64,000 bases of DNA from Candidatus Planktophila sp. (GTDB lineage: Bacteria; Actinomycetota; Actinomycetes; Nanopelagicales; Nanopelagicaceae), in contig JASJJO010000004.1 in NCBI GenBank assembly GCA_037624245.1, forward strand, positions 1,908 to 65,907. Direction: 5' to 3'. A program made the position numbers and the translations under genes. Of the stretch, positions 1-10,268 are shown piece after piece; within the stretch, counting starts at the first letter, position 1, and each line of letters begins with the position of its first letter. The notes beneath the pieces were generated by a model. That model made no database searches and was not told the origin of the DNA. It saw only the letters and a list, made by a program, of their open reading frames with translations.

Positions 1-648
1 GAAAGGCAGCAAATCTTCAAAAGAGCCACCCCCGCGAGTAATGATAATGACATCGACTTCTGAATTTGCCTCTAGCTCAGCAAGGGCTGCAGATACTTCA
101 ACAACTGCGGCCGCTCCTTGCACGGCTACCTCACGAATTTCAAATTGAACTGCGGGCCATCGACGACGAGCATTTTCAACGACATCTTTTTCCGCATCGG
201 TATTACGTCCACAGATCAAACCAACTTTTCTGGGCAGACGTGGAAGTGCAATTTTACGATCGGCGCTGAAGAGGCCTTCGGCAGCTAACTTCTCTTTTAA
301 CGCTTCAAGACGAGCCAGTAATTCACCGACTCCAACGTGGCGAATCTCTTTGGCAGAGAGCGTGAGTGACCCATTTTTTGTAAACCATGAAGGCTTTGCA
401 TAAATTACTACTCGAGCATTGGGCGGAAGTGGCTGCACTGATGCCAATACGGTTTTGTAACACATCACAGAGATACTCATATCTGCACTGGTATCGCGAA
501 GGCGCATAAAGGCCATTCCGCCGCTGCGTTCATTGAGTTCAGAAATCTCGCCCTCAATCCAGATAGGGCCTAATCTATCGATGTAATCCTTGATAGCTTC
601 AGAGACCAGACGCACCGGCGCCGGAGATTGACTTGAAGTTTCGAACAT
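1..648 (-). CDS. xseA: Exodeoxyribonuclease VII large subunit, N-terminal part (continues beyond window start)
   Basis: My own reverse-strand translation from ATG (complement of 646-648) gives MFETSSQSPAPVRLVSEAIKDYIDRLGPIWIEGEISELN..., the OB-fold N-terminus typical of XseA. It is open to position 1, and is absent from the ORF track because it is truncated. Divergent from ispH, as in many actinobacteria. Confidence 0.8.
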   Translation of the reverse strand, partial: MFETSSQSPAPVRLVSEAIKDYIDRLGPIWIEGEISELNERSGGMAFMRLRDTSADMSISVMCYKTVLASVQPLPPNARVVIYAKPSWFTKNGSLTLSAKEIRHVGVGELLARLEALKEKLAAEGLFSADRKIALPRLPRKVGLICGRNTDAEKDVVENARRRWPAVQFEIREVAVQGAAAVVEVSAALAELEANSEVDVIIITRGGGSFEDLLPF

Positions 649-654
649 AGACAG

Positions 655-660
655 AGCCTA
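655..660 (-). promoter_or_regulatory. -10-like hexamer TAGGCT positioned for a leaderless xseA mRNA
   Basis: The complement of 655-660 reads TAGGCT (TANNNT) at -12..-7 relative to the A of the xseA ATG at 648. There is no SD and only 25 bp separates the divergent starts. Confidence 0.4.
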
Positions 661-661
661 A

Positions 662-667
662 TAGACT
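662..667 (+). promoter_or_regulatory. -10-like hexamer TAGACT positioned for a leaderless ispH mRNA
   Basis: TAGACT (TANNNT) occupies -12..-7 relative to the A of the ispH ATG at 674. No SD lies between. Confidence 0.4.
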
Positions 668-673
668 GCACTT

Positions 674-1621
674 ATGAAGAAGAGAGTTCTCCTCGCCGCG
701 CCTCGCGGATATTGCGCAGGTGTAGATCGCGCAGTGGTTGCTGTTGAAAAATCTCTTGAGCTCTATGGAGCGCCTGTCTATGTGCGCAAAGAGATTGTCC
801 ATAACAAGCATGTGGTCTCTACCCTCGAACAACGCGGCGTCATCTTCGTGAACGAAACCGATGAAGTTCCAGAAGGTGCAACAGTTGTCTTTTCAGCACA
901 CGGAGTCTCTCCTGCCGTTCACGCAGAAGCTGCCGCCCGAAACCTCAAAACTATCGATGCCACCTGTCCGCTGGTAACAAAGGTACATAATGAGGTAAAG
1001 AGATTTGCAAATGAAGAGACTGAGATCTTACTCATTGGCCACGTTGGACATGAAGAAGTTGAAGGCACTGCCGGTGAAGCACCTGGAAAAGTACGGATCG
1101 TTGATGGACTCGATGAAGCTCGTACGATTGTGCCAACTCCAGGAAAGAAACTTGTCTGGCTTACGCAGACCACTCTCTCAGTTGATGAAACGATGCAATC
1201 TGTTGCAATACTTAAAGATAGATTTCCTGAGATTCAAAATCCTCCATCAGATGATATTTGTTATGCAACCCAGAATCGCCAAGAAGCGATCAAGGCAATT
1301 GCTCCTCAATCAGATCTGGTCTTGGTTGTTGGTTCCAGAAATTCATCTAACTCAGTGCGCCTTGTTGAAGTTGCCCTCGAATATGGGGCAAAGGCGGCCT
1401 ATCTCGTTGACTATGCAGCTGAAGTTAAAGAAGAGTGGTTAGCAAACGCTGAAACAATCGGTGTTACAAGTGGTGCATCAGTTCCTGAAATTCTTGTCGA
1501 TGATTTATTGAAGCATTTGAGCGTGCATGGATATCACGATGTAGAAGAGATTCGAGCAACGGAGGAGACTCTGCTCTTTGCTCTACCTAAAGAGCTCCGC
1601 GCTGATTTAAAGAAGGCTTAA
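674..1621 (+). CDS. ispH: 4-hydroxy-3-methylbut-2-enyl diphosphate reductase
   Basis: 315 aa. N-terminus [21 protein letters not shown], plus HNKHVV, the conserved Cys residues (CAGV, ATCPLV, ICYAT) and SSNS are typical of IspH/LytB. Confidence 0.95.
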   Translation: MKKRVLLAAPRGYCAGVDRAVVAVEKSLELYGAPVYVRKEIVHNKHVVSTLEQRGVIFVNETDEVPEGATVVFSAHGVSPAVHAEAAARNLKTIDATCPLVTKVHNEVKRFANEETEILLIGHVGHEEVEGTAGEAPGKVRIVDGLDEARTIVPTPGKKLVWLTQTTLSVDETMQSVAILKDRFPEIQNPPSDDICYATQNRQEAIKAIAPQSDLVLVVGSRNSSNSVRLVEVALEYGAKAAYLVDYAAEVKEEWLANAETIGVTSGASVPEILVDDLLKHLSVHGYHDVEEIRATEETLLFALPKELRADLKKA

Positions 1622-1624
1622 GCA

Positions 1625-2410
1625 GTGACCGCTTTCGTAGATATCCAAGGTGAGAAGCTAGCCGTCGAAATCTACGAACCAGCAGTACGAATAGCAGATG
1701 TAGTGCTTGTCCATGGCTTTACCGGAAGCAAAGAAGACTTTGATCTCATCGGCCCAATTCTGGCTGATATGGGCTATCGAGTACTGACCTTTGATAATCG
1801 TGGACAACACGAGTCCGCTCATAGTAAGCGCGAAGACGCCTACCAAGTTCAATCGTTAGCACAAGATGTTTTTGATATCGCACATCACTACGGCTTTGAA
1901 AAACCACATCTTCTAGGCCACTCATTCGGCGGCCTTGTCGCTCAGCAGGTACTTGCTGAGTCTGCCGATTTTTGGGCATCGTTAACGATTTTCTGCAGTG
2001 GCCCACATTGGATTCCAGATAAACCAGATCTAGAGGGCACAATAAAAATCATGAAGAGTATGTCGATGCAGGATTCTTGGGATCGCTTTAAAGAAGAGAC
2101 AGATAAATTGCTTCCGCGCTATGAGCTCTATAAGAAACGTTGGACCTCATCAGATCCTCGCTCCACCCACGATATGGCCCTGCATTTACAGAGCGCGCAG
2201 TCACTGATTGAGAAAATTGTCGCGACAAAGGTTCCAGTCCATGTCATTTATGGTGAGAACGATGATGCCTGGCCTTTAGAGATGCAGGATCAGATGGCAA
2301 AGGATTTAGGTGCGCCACTGACAATAATTAAAGCAGCCGGACATTGCCCGAATGAAGATCAGCCAAAGGATACTGCGAGGGTTTTAGCGAGCTTCTGGAA
2401 GAGTCTGTAA
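1625..2410 (+). CDS. Alpha/beta-fold hydrolase
   Basis: 261 aa. HGFTGS oxyanion region, nucleophile elbow GHSFGG, C-terminal GHCPNED. GTG start 4 nt after the ispH stop. Confidence 0.8.
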   Translation: MTAFVDIQGEKLAVEIYEPAVRIADVVLVHGFTGSKEDFDLIGPILADMGYRVLTFDNRGQHESAHSKREDAYQVQSLAQDVFDIAHHYGFEKPHLLGHSFGGLVAQQVLAESADFWASLTIFCSGPHWIPDKPDLEGTIKIMKSMSMQDSWDRFKEETDKLLPRYELYKKRWTSSDPRSTHDMALHLQSAQSLIEKIVATKVPVHVIYGENDDAWPLEMQDQMAKDLGAPLTIIKAAGHCPNEDQPKDTARVLASFWKSL

Positions 2411-2812
2411 ACGCTTTGAAGGACGGTTCTTTGCCTTCTCATTAAAGAACATAAACCAGCTATAGAGCGCGCTAATAAGTAAGAACGGCGCAACGCTTGC
2501 AAGGGATGCAACAAAATCGATCCCTACACGTGACGGACGGAGTCCATCGTTGAGGATCGTCGCCAAAAGAGTTGTTGCTGCATAGGCAAGTGGTGGAGTT
2601 ACAGCAGATACATAGCGAGTGCCTTTGCGCCCATATGCAACACCGCCGTAGGTAACAAGGCAGATAATCAGACCCGAGAGGATTCCAGCTCCTGAACGGA
2701 CCCATATTTCGAGAGAGACAAAGATTAGGATAAAGAGAGTTTGGAGAACGACAACGCCCTCTTTCTTAAGTCCTGGACCTGAAAGCGAAGGTCTCTTCTT
2801 CTGATTGCTCAT
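2384..2812 (-). CDS. Hypothetical integral membrane protein (about 4 TM)
   Basis: 142-aa ORF directly downstream of rmuC (3-nt gap). Hydrophobic segments throughout. No recognisable catalytic motif. Confidence 0.55.
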   Translation of the reverse strand: MSNQKKRPSLSGPGLKKEGVVVLQTLFILIFVSLEIWVRSGAGILSGLIICLVTYGGVAYGRKGTRYVSAVTPPLAYAATTLLATILNDGLRPSRVGIDFVASLASVAPFLLISALYSWFMFFNEKAKNRPSKRLQTLPEAR

Positions 2813-2815
2813 CTT

Positions 2816-3997
2816 TTACTCCTCTACTACTTCAACATCAATAAAATCATCGGGGCTATCTAGCTCTGAATTCTGCAGCTCGCGAACTAATGCAGGGGCT
2901 TCAGGATATTCGATTGCGAGCTTCTCTTTATCCCCAATAACGCCGAGTTTATGGATTCGTCGCGCCGGCGAGAGAACAGTCTTTTCAGCGGTTGGAACGA
3001 GATCTTCATAAGCCTTTGACGTTGAATTGATCGCCTTGCCAACAGCGACAATCTTGGTGTGCAGCAGTGTGAGATTTTTAAGAAATGTTCCGGCAACTTT
3101 AGTGATGTCATCGGCATTTTCTGCCAATTGATTGCGGGTAAAGATATGTCCGACAGTGCGAAGAAGGGCCATCATCGATGTAGGTGTGGCAAGGGTGACT
3201 CCGACCTTAAAGGATTTTTCCAGAAGGAGCGGATCAATACGAAGTGATTCTGCCAGAAGGGTTTCAAAGGGGAGGAAGAGAACGACGAAATCAGGCGACC
3301 CCTGTGATTTGTGGTAGCCGCGCTTAGATAGGGCATCGACATGTTTGAGCAAATCTTTAGTGTGCAGCGCAAGTAATTCATCGCGCTCTGCTTGATCTTC
3401 TGTAGCAAATGCCTCAAGGAATCTGTCGAATGGAAATTTAGAGTCGATAAATAACTTAGAGCCCCCCGGCATATGAACGGTGATATCAGGGATACCTGAA
3501 GAATCGGCATCAGTTGTTGAACGCTGTGCTTGATATTCGTGGCCGTCGCGAAGACCTGCCTGCTCGAGGAGCAATTGCAATTGCGCTTCGCCAAATTTTC
3601 CGCGGGTCTGTGAATTAGCTAGAGCTCCAGCAATCTTCTTAGTTTCATCAAAGAAAGATGTTGAAGCTTTGCGCATCTCATCGATAGTTCCAATGAGTTG
3701 GACTTCAGATGCAACGCGTTTTTCAGCAGCTTCTTGGGCTTGCAATCGCATACGCTCGACAGAGGTTTTCATCTCTTCCATCTGAGTTGCAATCTTTGTA
3801 TCGTTTTCAGATTTTGCTTCGGCGGCCTTGAGGCGATCATCGGATGCTTTGAGCAATACTTTGAGATCGTTAAGTTCTTGCGCCAGATGAGTACCCGAAC
3901 CCGCAGCGTTCTTGGTGCGAGAAATCCAGATACCTAGCCCCAAACCGATAAAGAGGCCAAGAATGAGAGTTATGAGGGTCACGAGTGCGCTGGGCAT
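2816..3997 (-). CDS. rmuC: DNA recombination protein RmuC
   Basis: 393 aa. N-terminal TM helix, long coiled-coil, then the RmuC nuclease-like core (GIPDITVHMPGGSKLFIDSKFP, VVLFLPFE). Confidence 0.9.
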   Translation of the reverse strand: MPSALVTLITLILGLFIGLGLGIWISRTKNAAGSGTHLAQELNDLKVLLKASDDRLKAAEAKSENDTKIATQMEEMKTSVERMRLQAQEAAEKRVASEVQLIGTIDEMRKASTSFFDETKKIAGALANSQTRGKFGEAQLQLLLEQAGLRDGHEYQAQRSTTDADSSGIPDITVHMPGGSKLFIDSKFPFDRFLEAFATEDQAERDELLALHTKDLLKHVDALSKRGYHKSQGSPDFVVLFLPFETLLAESLRIDPLLLEKSFKVGVTLATPTSMMALLRTVGHIFTRNQLAENADDITKVAGTFLKNLTLLHTKIVAVGKAINSTSKAYEDLVPTAEKTVLSPARRIHKLGVIGDKEKLAIEYPEAPALVRELQNSELDSPDDFIDVEVVEE

Positions 3998-4048
3998 GGG
4001 GCTATCGTGGCAGGAGGCACTGACAATTCCGCGTAGGCTGTCCTACTT

Positions 4049-5122
4049 ATGAGCCTCTCAATTGGAATCGTCGGCCTGCCGAATGTCGGAAAGTCGACCC
4101 TCTTTAACGCTCTGACCAAGAACAATGTATTGGCCGCCAACTACCCCTTCGCCACGATCGAGCCCAATATAGGCGTCGTAGGCGTACCTGATGAGCGCTT
4201 GGCAAAGCTTGCTGCCATCTTTACCTCGGAAAAGCTTCTTCCAGCAGCCCTTTCATTTGTAGATATCGCAGGCATTGTAAAAGGCGCATCAGAAGGTGCG
4301 GGCCTTGGAAATAAATTTCTCGCCAATATTCGCGAGACCGATGCAATCTGTCAGGTCATTCGTGTCTTTACAGATGGCGATGTTGTTCACGTCGATGGTC
4401 GCATTGATCCTTCTGGCGATATCGAAACCATCAATACCGAACTTGCACTCGCAGATTTACAGACAATTGAGAAAGCAATTCCTCGTCTTGAGAAAGAGGC
4501 GCGCGTTGCCAAAGAGAAGGCGCCGATTCTTGAAGCAGTCAAAGAAGCTAACGAATGGTTGCAAACTGGAAAGCCACTGTCACAATCAAAGATTGATCGC
4601 GAACTTCTACATGAGCTGCACCTACTGACTGCAAAACCTTTCCTCTATGTTTTTAATGTCGATGCTGCAGAGCTTGCCGATGAGGAGCTTCGTAAGAAGT
4701 TAGCAACCCTTGTTGCACCGGCAGAAGCTATCTTCCTTGATGCAAAGACAGAGGCAGAGCTTGCCGAACTTTCTGATGAAGATGCTCTCGAACTTTTACA
4801 GGGAATTGGACTTACCGAGCCAGGGCTAGCAACTCTTGCCCGAGTTGGTTTTGACACGTTGGGCCTTCAAACCTATTTAACAGCCGGGCCAAAGGAAGCA
4901 CGCGCCTGGACAATTCATAAGGGCGATACCGCACCAATGGCTGCTGGCGTCATACATACAGATTTCCAAAAAGGTTTCATTAAAGCTGAAATCGTTTCTT
5001 TTGCCGACTTGGTAGAAGCAGGCTCGATGGTCGATGCGAAGGCAAAGGGCAAAGTGCGTATGGAAGGCAAGGAATACATCATGCAAGACGGAGACGTAGT
5101 GGAGTTCAGATTCAATGTCTAA
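4049..5122 (+). CDS. ychF: Redox-regulated ribosome-binding ATPase YchF
   Basis: 357 aa. [19 protein letters not shown]-loop, [11 protein letters not shown]-terminal TGS-like FIKAEIV ... [11 protein letters not shown]. Confidence 0.95.
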   Translation: MSLSIGIVGLPNVGKSTLFNALTKNNVLAANYPFATIEPNIGVVGVPDERLAKLAAIFTSEKLLPAALSFVDIAGIVKGASEGAGLGNKFLANIRETDAICQVIRVFTDGDVVHVDGRIDPSGDIETINTELALADLQTIEKAIPRLEKEARVAKEKAPILEAVKEANEWLQTGKPLSQSKIDRELLHELHLLTAKPFLYVFNVDAAELADEELRKKLATLVAPAEAIFLDAKTEAELAELSDEDALELLQGIGLTEPGLATLARVGFDTLGLQTYLTAGPKEARAWTIHKGDTAPMAAGVIHTDFQKGFIKAEIVSFADLVEAGSMVDAKAKGKVRMEGKEYIMQDGDVVEFRFNV

Positions 5123-7058
5123 TAACCCAAATCAAAGTGGCCCAGTATTAAATACTGCCCGAGCGCGACTTAATCAGGCGCATCTTAAGGATCTTCCACG
5201 GAAGACCCGCGACAACCTTCGCAACGTAGCGATCATCGCTCACGTTGACCACGGAAAGACAACGCTCGTTGATGCGATGTTGTGGCAATCCGGAGCCTTT
5301 GCCGCTTATAAGAAGCAAGAAGAAGGCCAAGATCGCATGATGGATTCGATGGATCTAGAACGCGAAAAGGGAATCACGATTCTTGCAAAGAATACTTCAG
5401 TACGTCGTGGTGACACTGTCATCAATATTATTGATACGCCAGGCCACGCAGATTTCGGCGGCGAAGTAGAGCGCGGATTAGAAATGGTCGATGGCGTGAT
5501 CTTGCTGGTTGATGCTTCAGAGGGCCCACTTCCACAGACTCGCTTCGTTCTTCGTAAAGCGCTCCAGAAGAACCTTCCAGTTATTTTACTTATCAATAAG
5601 GTAGATCGTTCTGACTCACGTATCGCAGAAGTTGTCGATGAGGCATATGCACTCTTCCTTGATCTTGATGCCAATGAAGAGCAGATCGAATTTCCCGTTG
5701 TCTATGCATCAGCTAAGGCAGGTCGTGCATCACTGACTCGTCCAGCAGATGGTGGAATGCCGGAAGAAGAGAACCTTGACGTATTGTTCGACACCATCTT
5801 CTCTGCAATTCCAGCACCTGTTTATCACGAAGGCGCTCCGCTTCAGGCACACGTGACAAACCTTGACTCTTCACCATTCCTTGGACGTTTGGCGCTATGC
5901 CGCGTTCACGAAGGTGTGATTAAGAAGGGCCAGACAGTTTCATGGATTAAAACCGATGGAACAACTGAGCGCGTAAAGGTTTCAGAACTTCTGATGACTG
6001 AAGCTCTTGAACGTATTCCAGCCCTTGAAGCAGGTCCCGGAGACATTATCGCTGTCGCAGGTATTGAAACTATTACGCTGGGTGAAACCCTTGCCGACCT
6101 TGAGAATTCACATGCTCTGCCGCTAATTACAGTGGATGAACCATCTATTTCGATGACAATCGGAATCAATACTTCTCCACTTGCAGGCAAGAGCGGCAAG
6201 ATGCTTACCGCTCGCCAAGTAAAGGATCGTCTCGATAAAGAGCTTGTTGGTAACGTTTCACTGCGTGTGCTTAATACCGAACGTCCAGATACCTGGGAAG
6301 TTCAAGGCCGTGGAGAACTTCAGCTTGCAGTCCTTGTTGAAATTATGAAGCGCGAAAGCTTCGAACTTACAGTTGGTAAGCCACAAGTGGTTACCAAGAT
6401 AATTGATGGAAAACTCAACGAACCAATGGAACGACTTACCATTGATGCACCTGAAGAATATCTCGGTGTACTAACTCAGTTAATGGCACTTCGTAAGGGC
6501 CGCATGGAACAGATGGTCAATCACGGAACCGGTTGGATCCGTCTTGATTACAAAGTTCCTTCCCGTGGCCTTATCGGCTTCCGCACTGAGTTCCTTACAG
6601 AGACTCGTGGAACGGGTTTGCTGCACCATGTATTTGATTCATACGAACCATGGTTTGGTGAGTTACGTACTCGTGGAACAGGTTCACTTGTTTCAGATCG
6701 CATGGGCGCTGTTACCTCTTATGCACTTGCTGGAATTCAAGAGCGAGGATCAATCTTCGTAGAACCTGGCGATGAAGTGTATGAAGGAATGGTTATCGGT
6801 GAAAACTCTCGTGCAGACGATATGGATGTCAACTGCGTACGCGAAAAGAAACTTACCAACATGCGTGCATCAGGAACTGATGATTCTGAAAAATTGATTC
6901 CACCTAAGAAGCTCAACATGGAAGGCGCTCTCGAATTCTGTCGTGAAGATGAGTGCGTAGAAGTAACTCCAGCTGTTGTCCGAATTCGTAAAGTGACCCT
7001 CGATGGCGCAGAGCGCGCACGAGCCACATCACGAGCAAAGAAGAATAACCAGAGCTAG
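5115..7058 (+). CDS. typA: Translational GTPase TypA/BipA
   Basis: 647 aa. AHVDHGKTT, DTPGHADFGGEVER and NKVD G-motifs with an EF-G-like domain layout. Overlaps the ychF stop by 8 nt. Confidence 0.95.
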   Translation: MSNNPNQSGPVLNTARARLNQAHLKDLPRKTRDNLRNVAIIAHVDHGKTTLVDAMLWQSGAFAAYKKQEEGQDRMMDSMDLEREKGITILAKNTSVRRGDTVINIIDTPGHADFGGEVERGLEMVDGVILLVDASEGPLPQTRFVLRKALQKNLPVILLINKVDRSDSRIAEVVDEAYALFLDLDANEEQIEFPVVYASAKAGRASLTRPADGGMPEEENLDVLFDTIFSAIPAPVYHEGAPLQAHVTNLDSSPFLGRLALCRVHEGVIKKGQTVSWIKTDGTTERVKVSELLMTEALERIPALEAGPGDIIAVAGIETITLGETLADLENSHALPLITVDEPSISMTIGINTSPLAGKSGKMLTARQVKDRLDKELVGNVSLRVLNTERPDTWEVQGRGELQLAVLVEIMKRESFELTVGKPQVVTKIIDGKLNEPMERLTIDAPEEYLGVLTQLMALRKGRMEQMVNHGTGWIRLDYKVPSRGLIGFRTEFLTETRGTGLLHHVFDSYEPWFGELRTRGTGSLVSDRMGAVTSYALAGIQERGSIFVEPGDEVYEGMVIGENSRADDMDVNCVREKKLTNMRASGTDDSEKLIPPKKLNMEGALEFCREDECVEVTPAVVRIRKVTLDGAERARATSRAKKNNQS

Positions 7059-7066
7059 ATCGCGCT

Positions 7067-7130
7067 AATGAAGAAGGGGCTAGCTTGGGATTTGCTCGTT
7101 AAAGTCCCGCAGCGATGCCCCTTCTTCATT
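7067..7130 (+). terminator. Long inverted repeat downstream of typA (possible terminator)
   Basis: A perfect 14-bp inverted repeat, AATGAAGAAGGGGC (7067-7080) / GCCCCTTCTTCATT (7117-7130), separated by 36 nt. The trailing T-tract is weak (TTTAAACC), so this is not a classic intrinsic terminator. Confidence 0.35.
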
Positions 7131-7181
7131 TAAACCCTCACATCTGCCTAATTGTCACTCCTCTGCGGTTGAATACGAACT

Positions 7182-10100
7182 GTGAGTAAGCAGCCCGCAC
7201 CGCCACTACGTCTTGTACGTGCTGCCCCTGACCAATCAGAGCTCAAACTCAGCGGAGAGCAGCTGGACGCAATCGCCCATCGCGGAAGACCGCTGATTCT
7301 TACCGGAACCACCGGTACGGGTAAAACCACAGTTCTCATCGAAGCAGCTCTATCTCGTATCAGTAGCGGTCAATCTCCGGATTCAATTCTGGTGATCGCT
7401 TTTGGGCGCGAACGCGCATCTGAAATACGAGATGCAATTGTGACGCGATCAGAAAAGACCGCATTCGAACCGCTTGCGCGCACATTTCACTCACTCGCTT
7501 ATTCAATTCTTAAGATGCGTACCGGTGATAACTACCGTGACATAGTTTTACTATCGGGTGCTGAACAAGAAAATTTTATCGCTCAACTTCTTGAGGGCGA
7601 TATAGAAGATGGCTACAAGCAGTGGCATCCTGATCTACATCGCACTCCCGAATCACTGGGTGAACCGCTACAGACTCAAGGATTTGTTCGCGAGCTGCGT
7701 GATCTCATTATGCGCGCAAATGAACGTGGCATTACTCCAGAAAAGTTGGCAGAGCGCGGCCATCAGCTAGGTGAGAAATATTGGCACGGTGCAGCCGAAT
7801 TTTGGAAGCGCTATCTAGGCGCCATGACACTGCAAGAAGTATTAGCTGCAGATGCGAAAGTTCGTATCGACCCATCTGAAATCATCAATAGCGCAGTCAA
7901 CTATCTTCGAAGTAACCCTGAACTACTGCAGGAGCTCCGCAGTCGCTTCACATCAATAATCGTTGATGAATTTCAAGAGAGCGACCCTGCTCAACGCACG
8001 CTACTCAGCCTTTTGGCAGATAATGATTTAATTATCGCAGCCGATGCTGCAAGCGCAGTCGGACGATTCCGTGGAGCAGATCCTGAAGGCGTTGCCGCAG
8101 TAATTGATTCCTATATTTCACACGGCGCAACGCAGATCGAACTAACGATAAATTTCCGCGGAACTCCGGCGGTCCAGGTCGCCCGTTTAACATCAGAATC
8201 TGAAGAAGCTCAATACATCGCCTATCAATTCAAACGTGCACATCTGATGGATGGCGTTGCGTATTCAGAGATGGCAGTTATCGTCCGATCACAAGGGCAG
8301 ACCACAGCAGCTCTTCGTCGCGCCTTTGCACATGTCTCAATTCCCGTCGCCGGAGATATAGAAGCGCTGGCTCATAACGCAGCTATTGCACCCTTTTTAC
8401 TCCTCGCACGAGTTGCAACGGGCAAAACTCCGCTCAATCTCGATACAGCCGAAAAATTACTGACATCTGAATTCGGGGGAGCAACCTCAGTTTCGCTCCG
8501 TCGAACCCGTGCAGCGTTGCTTGCTGCTCGCGATGAAGTCCACGATAAGAGAAGCGGAACGCAATTAATTATCGATGCCATTCTTACAGGCGAAGTGGCC
8601 ATTGAAGATTCCGCAGAGCTCTTACAAGTTCATGCACTTCTTAAAGGTGCAAAGAAGGCAATTGCTAAGAAGAACGCAACCATCCACGATCTACTGTGGG
8701 CAATCTGGAATAACGCAGTAAATCGTGATAACGAAAAGTTAAGCGATGCATGGCGTACATCAGCCCTTCGTGGTGGTTTGCGCGGCGCATCCGCCGATCG
8801 CGATCTCGATGCAATGATTCAGCTCTTTGATACAGCAGCTCGCCACATCGAACGTTTTCCTGGAGCAAAACCAGATCTCTTTCTTGCAGAAATCGAGAAA
8901 GAGACGATTGTTACCGACCTCATTACAGCGCGTGGAGTTCGCCCAGATGTTGTTGAAATTCTTACTGTGCACTCAGCAAAGGGTCGTCAATGGCGCCATG
9001 TGGCAGTTGCCGGAGTACAAGAGGGAGTATGGCCAAACCTTAAACAACGAAGTTCGCTCCTTGGCGCCGAACGTTTAGTGGAACGTGTGCGCCACGGTGA
9101 TGAACTAGCTCAAAACGTTCTGACGATGATTGCAGCATCATCCCTTGCCGACGATGAAGCGCGGCTATTCCATGTTGCAACAACCAGGGCTCGACAGAGC
9201 CTGCTCGTCACAGCTATCTCTCGAGAAGATGCGGCTCCTTCAATCTACTTTGAAGATTTAGCGCAATCGCTACGAGATGAAGGCGGGGATCACCATGGCA
9301 ATGACGAGGTCGAGGTACCAAGACCACTGACAGCAGCCGCCCTCGTTGCGACCTTACGGCGTGAAGTAAATCTGGGACATAACAAGGAAGCTGCATCCCT
9401 TCTTAAGACTCTCTCATCCAGTGGCATCCATCTAGCTCTTCCTTCCCAGTGGCTTGGAAGTGCCCCGATTACCTCAGAAGATCCGGTAGCTGATCCATCA
9501 GCAAATGTGCCTGTCTCGCCATCGGGTGCTGAAAATTTCACCGAATGCGGCTTGAAATGGTTTCTTGAAAAGAGCGGCGGCAGAGATGGAGATTCAACAG
9601 CGCAACTTCTGGGCTCTGTCATTCACGAATTCGCTCGTCTTAAAGTAGAAGAGCCCGCAATTACCGATGCGATGCTGCAGGAAAAACTACTAGAAGCGTG
9701 GCCACTGATTGATGATGCACAGGGATGGATCAGCACAGCATCCCTTGCGAGGGCTAAGAAGATGCTCGAACGTTTCTCGCTCTTTCACCAAGAATCACTC
9801 TCCAAAAATATCCGCACTGTGGCCGGGGTCGAAGAGAGCTTTGATATCACCGTTGGGCGTGCGCACATCAGAGGAAACGTTGACCGCATTGAGGTAGATA
9901 GCGAAGGCAGACACTTCATCATTGATTTTAAAACTGGCAAGAAAGAGATCACAGGCGAAGATGCCAAGACCAATTTACAACTAGCCTGTTATCAACTCGG
10001 AGTCGCACTCGATGGCTTTACCAATAAGTTAAGTACTACAGCGGTAAGCGGTGCGCAATTGGTCTATCTTGCAAGTAAGAATAAGAGCTACAGCACTCGC

Positions 10101-10268
10101 GAGCAAGATGGGCTTATCGATATCGAAGGTTTATCAACAGAGCTCTCAGATATTGCATCAGGTATGGGAGATGCCACATTTACAGCCCGTAAGAGCGAGC
10201 TCTGTAAGCAGTGCAGAGTTAAACCTTCTTGCCCACTTTATCTAGAGGGAAAGGCGGTCCATCAATGA
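7182..10268 (+). CDS. adnA: AdnA-like helicase-nuclease subunit (UvrD-type motor plus C-terminal RecB-type nuclease)
   Basis: 1028 aa. Walker A GTTGTGKTT, VDEFQE, C-terminal nuclease motif GNVDRIE ... IIDFKTGKK ... QLACYQL. Cys pattern TEC ... CKQCRVKPSC (C-x2-C-x5-C) matches the AddB-type iron-staple spacing. It is the first gene of a pair, as for adnA-adnB. Confidence 0.8.
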   Translation: MSKQPAPPLRLVRAAPDQSELKLSGEQLDAIAHRGRPLILTGTTGTGKTTVLIEAALSRISSGQSPDSILVIAFGRERASEIRDAIVTRSEKTAFEPLARTFHSLAYSILKMRTGDNYRDIVLLSGAEQENFIAQLLEGDIEDGYKQWHPDLHRTPESLGEPLQTQGFVRELRDLIMRANERGITPEKLAERGHQLGEKYWHGAAEFWKRYLGAMTLQEVLAADAKVRIDPSEIINSAVNYLRSNPELLQELRSRFTSIIVDEFQESDPAQRTLLSLLADNDLIIAADAASAVGRFRGADPEGVAAVIDSYISHGATQIELTINFRGTPAVQVARLTSESEEAQYIAYQFKRAHLMDGVAYSEMAVIVRSQGQTTAALRRAFAHVSIPVAGDIEALAHNAAIAPFLLLARVATGKTPLNLDTAEKLLTSEFGGATSVSLRRTRAALLAARDEVHDKRSGTQLIIDAILTGEVAIEDSAELLQVHALLKGAKKAIAKKNATIHDLLWAIWNNAVNRDNEKLSDAWRTSALRGGLRGASADRDLDAMIQLFDTAARHIERFPGAKPDLFLAEIEKETIVTDLITARGVRPDVVEILTVHSAKGRQWRHVAVAGVQEGVWPNLKQRSSLLGAERLVERVRHGDELAQNVLTMIAASSLADDEARLFHVATTRARQSLLVTAISREDAAPSIYFEDLAQSLRDEGGDHHGNDEVEVPRPLTAAALVATLRREVNLGHNKEAASLLKTLSSSGIHLALPSQWLGSAPITSEDPVADPSANVPVSPSGAENFTECGLKWFLEKSGGRDGDSTAQLLGSVIHEFARLKVEEPAITDAMLQEKLLEAWPLIDDAQGWISTASLARAKKMLERFSLFHQESLSKNIRTVAGVEESFDITVGRAHIRGNVDRIEVDSEGRHFIIDFKTGKKEITGEDAKTNLQLACYQLGVALDGFTNKLSTTAVSGAQLVYLASKNKSYSTREQDGLIDIEGLSTELSDIASGMGDATFTARKSELCKQCRVKPSCPLYLEGKAVHQ

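Noticed and set aside
10229-10264. The TTG start at 10229 for adnB given in the ORF track.
   Set aside because: It would overlap adnA by 40 nt and add a non-conserved MPTLSRGKGGPS extension. The ATG at 10265 forms a typical ATGA stop-start overlap.
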